Assembly (NCBI GenBank): GCA_964544115.1
Contig: CAZJBP010000002.1
Span: 1-51,861 of the forward strand
DNA from: an uncultured Victivallales bacterium
GTDB lineage: Bacteria; Verrucomicrobiota; Kiritimatiellia; UBA8416; JADHWI01
Direction: 5' to 3'
DNA length: 51,861 nucleotides
The notes under the pieces were generated by a model that was not told the origin of the DNA, did no database searches, and saw nothing but the letters and a program-made list of their open reading frames with translations. A program made the position numbers and the translations under genes. Each line of letters opens with the position of its first letter. The stretch's first letter is position 1. This document shows, piece after piece, positions 51,785-51,861 of the stretch.

Positions 51785-51861
51785 CAGTGTTCAGTGTTCG
51801 GTGGCCAGTGCCTGCGCATCCATCGGAATGTCACTGAACCCCGAACCCCGAGCCCTGACAC
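51785..51861. repeat. Inverted degenerate heptamer arrays (truncated by window end)
   Basis: CAGTGTT CAGTGTT CGGTGGC CAGTG ... CACTGAA CCCCGAA CCCCGAG CCCTGA. Confidence 0.65.

Overview
GC-rich bacterial chromosome segment. Gene content and the Thr/Asn-rich secreted proteins suggest a PVC-group organism such as Kiritimatiellia or Lentisphaeria; this is inference only. Housekeeping blocks are atpD-atpC-nadB; tgt-yajC-secDF-recJ-tRNA-Asp; nrfHA; glmU-like-glmM; and rlmI-maf-dus-FAH. These surround accessory regions: msrA/Fur, a ~2360-codon SdrD-B/GEVED surface protein gene interrupted by one in-frame TAG, a GH38/URO-D cluster next to tRNA-Ala(CGC), and an 8-gene type IV/II (pseudo)pilin operon. 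The strongest signal is a 28-bp palindromic REP-like repeat (TGTCATCCCGAGCGCAGCGAGGGATCTC), with 13 full and 6 partial copies seen. It flanks a small GIY-YIG nuclease gene as two matching triplets. It is also inserted in frame into the cleavable prepilin leaders of four consecutive pilin genes, 8-25 nt upstream of the peptidase site, and was not seen in any mature region. Other notable signals: a degenerate tRNA-Ala 3' duplicate bounding an integrase-less 2.8-kb islet and forming the GH38 C-terminus; a four-helix-bundle gene with hexamer-repeat hairpins; an apparent in-frame deletion in atpD; and a CXXCH-type NrfA. All calls come from reading the sequence; no database search was run.
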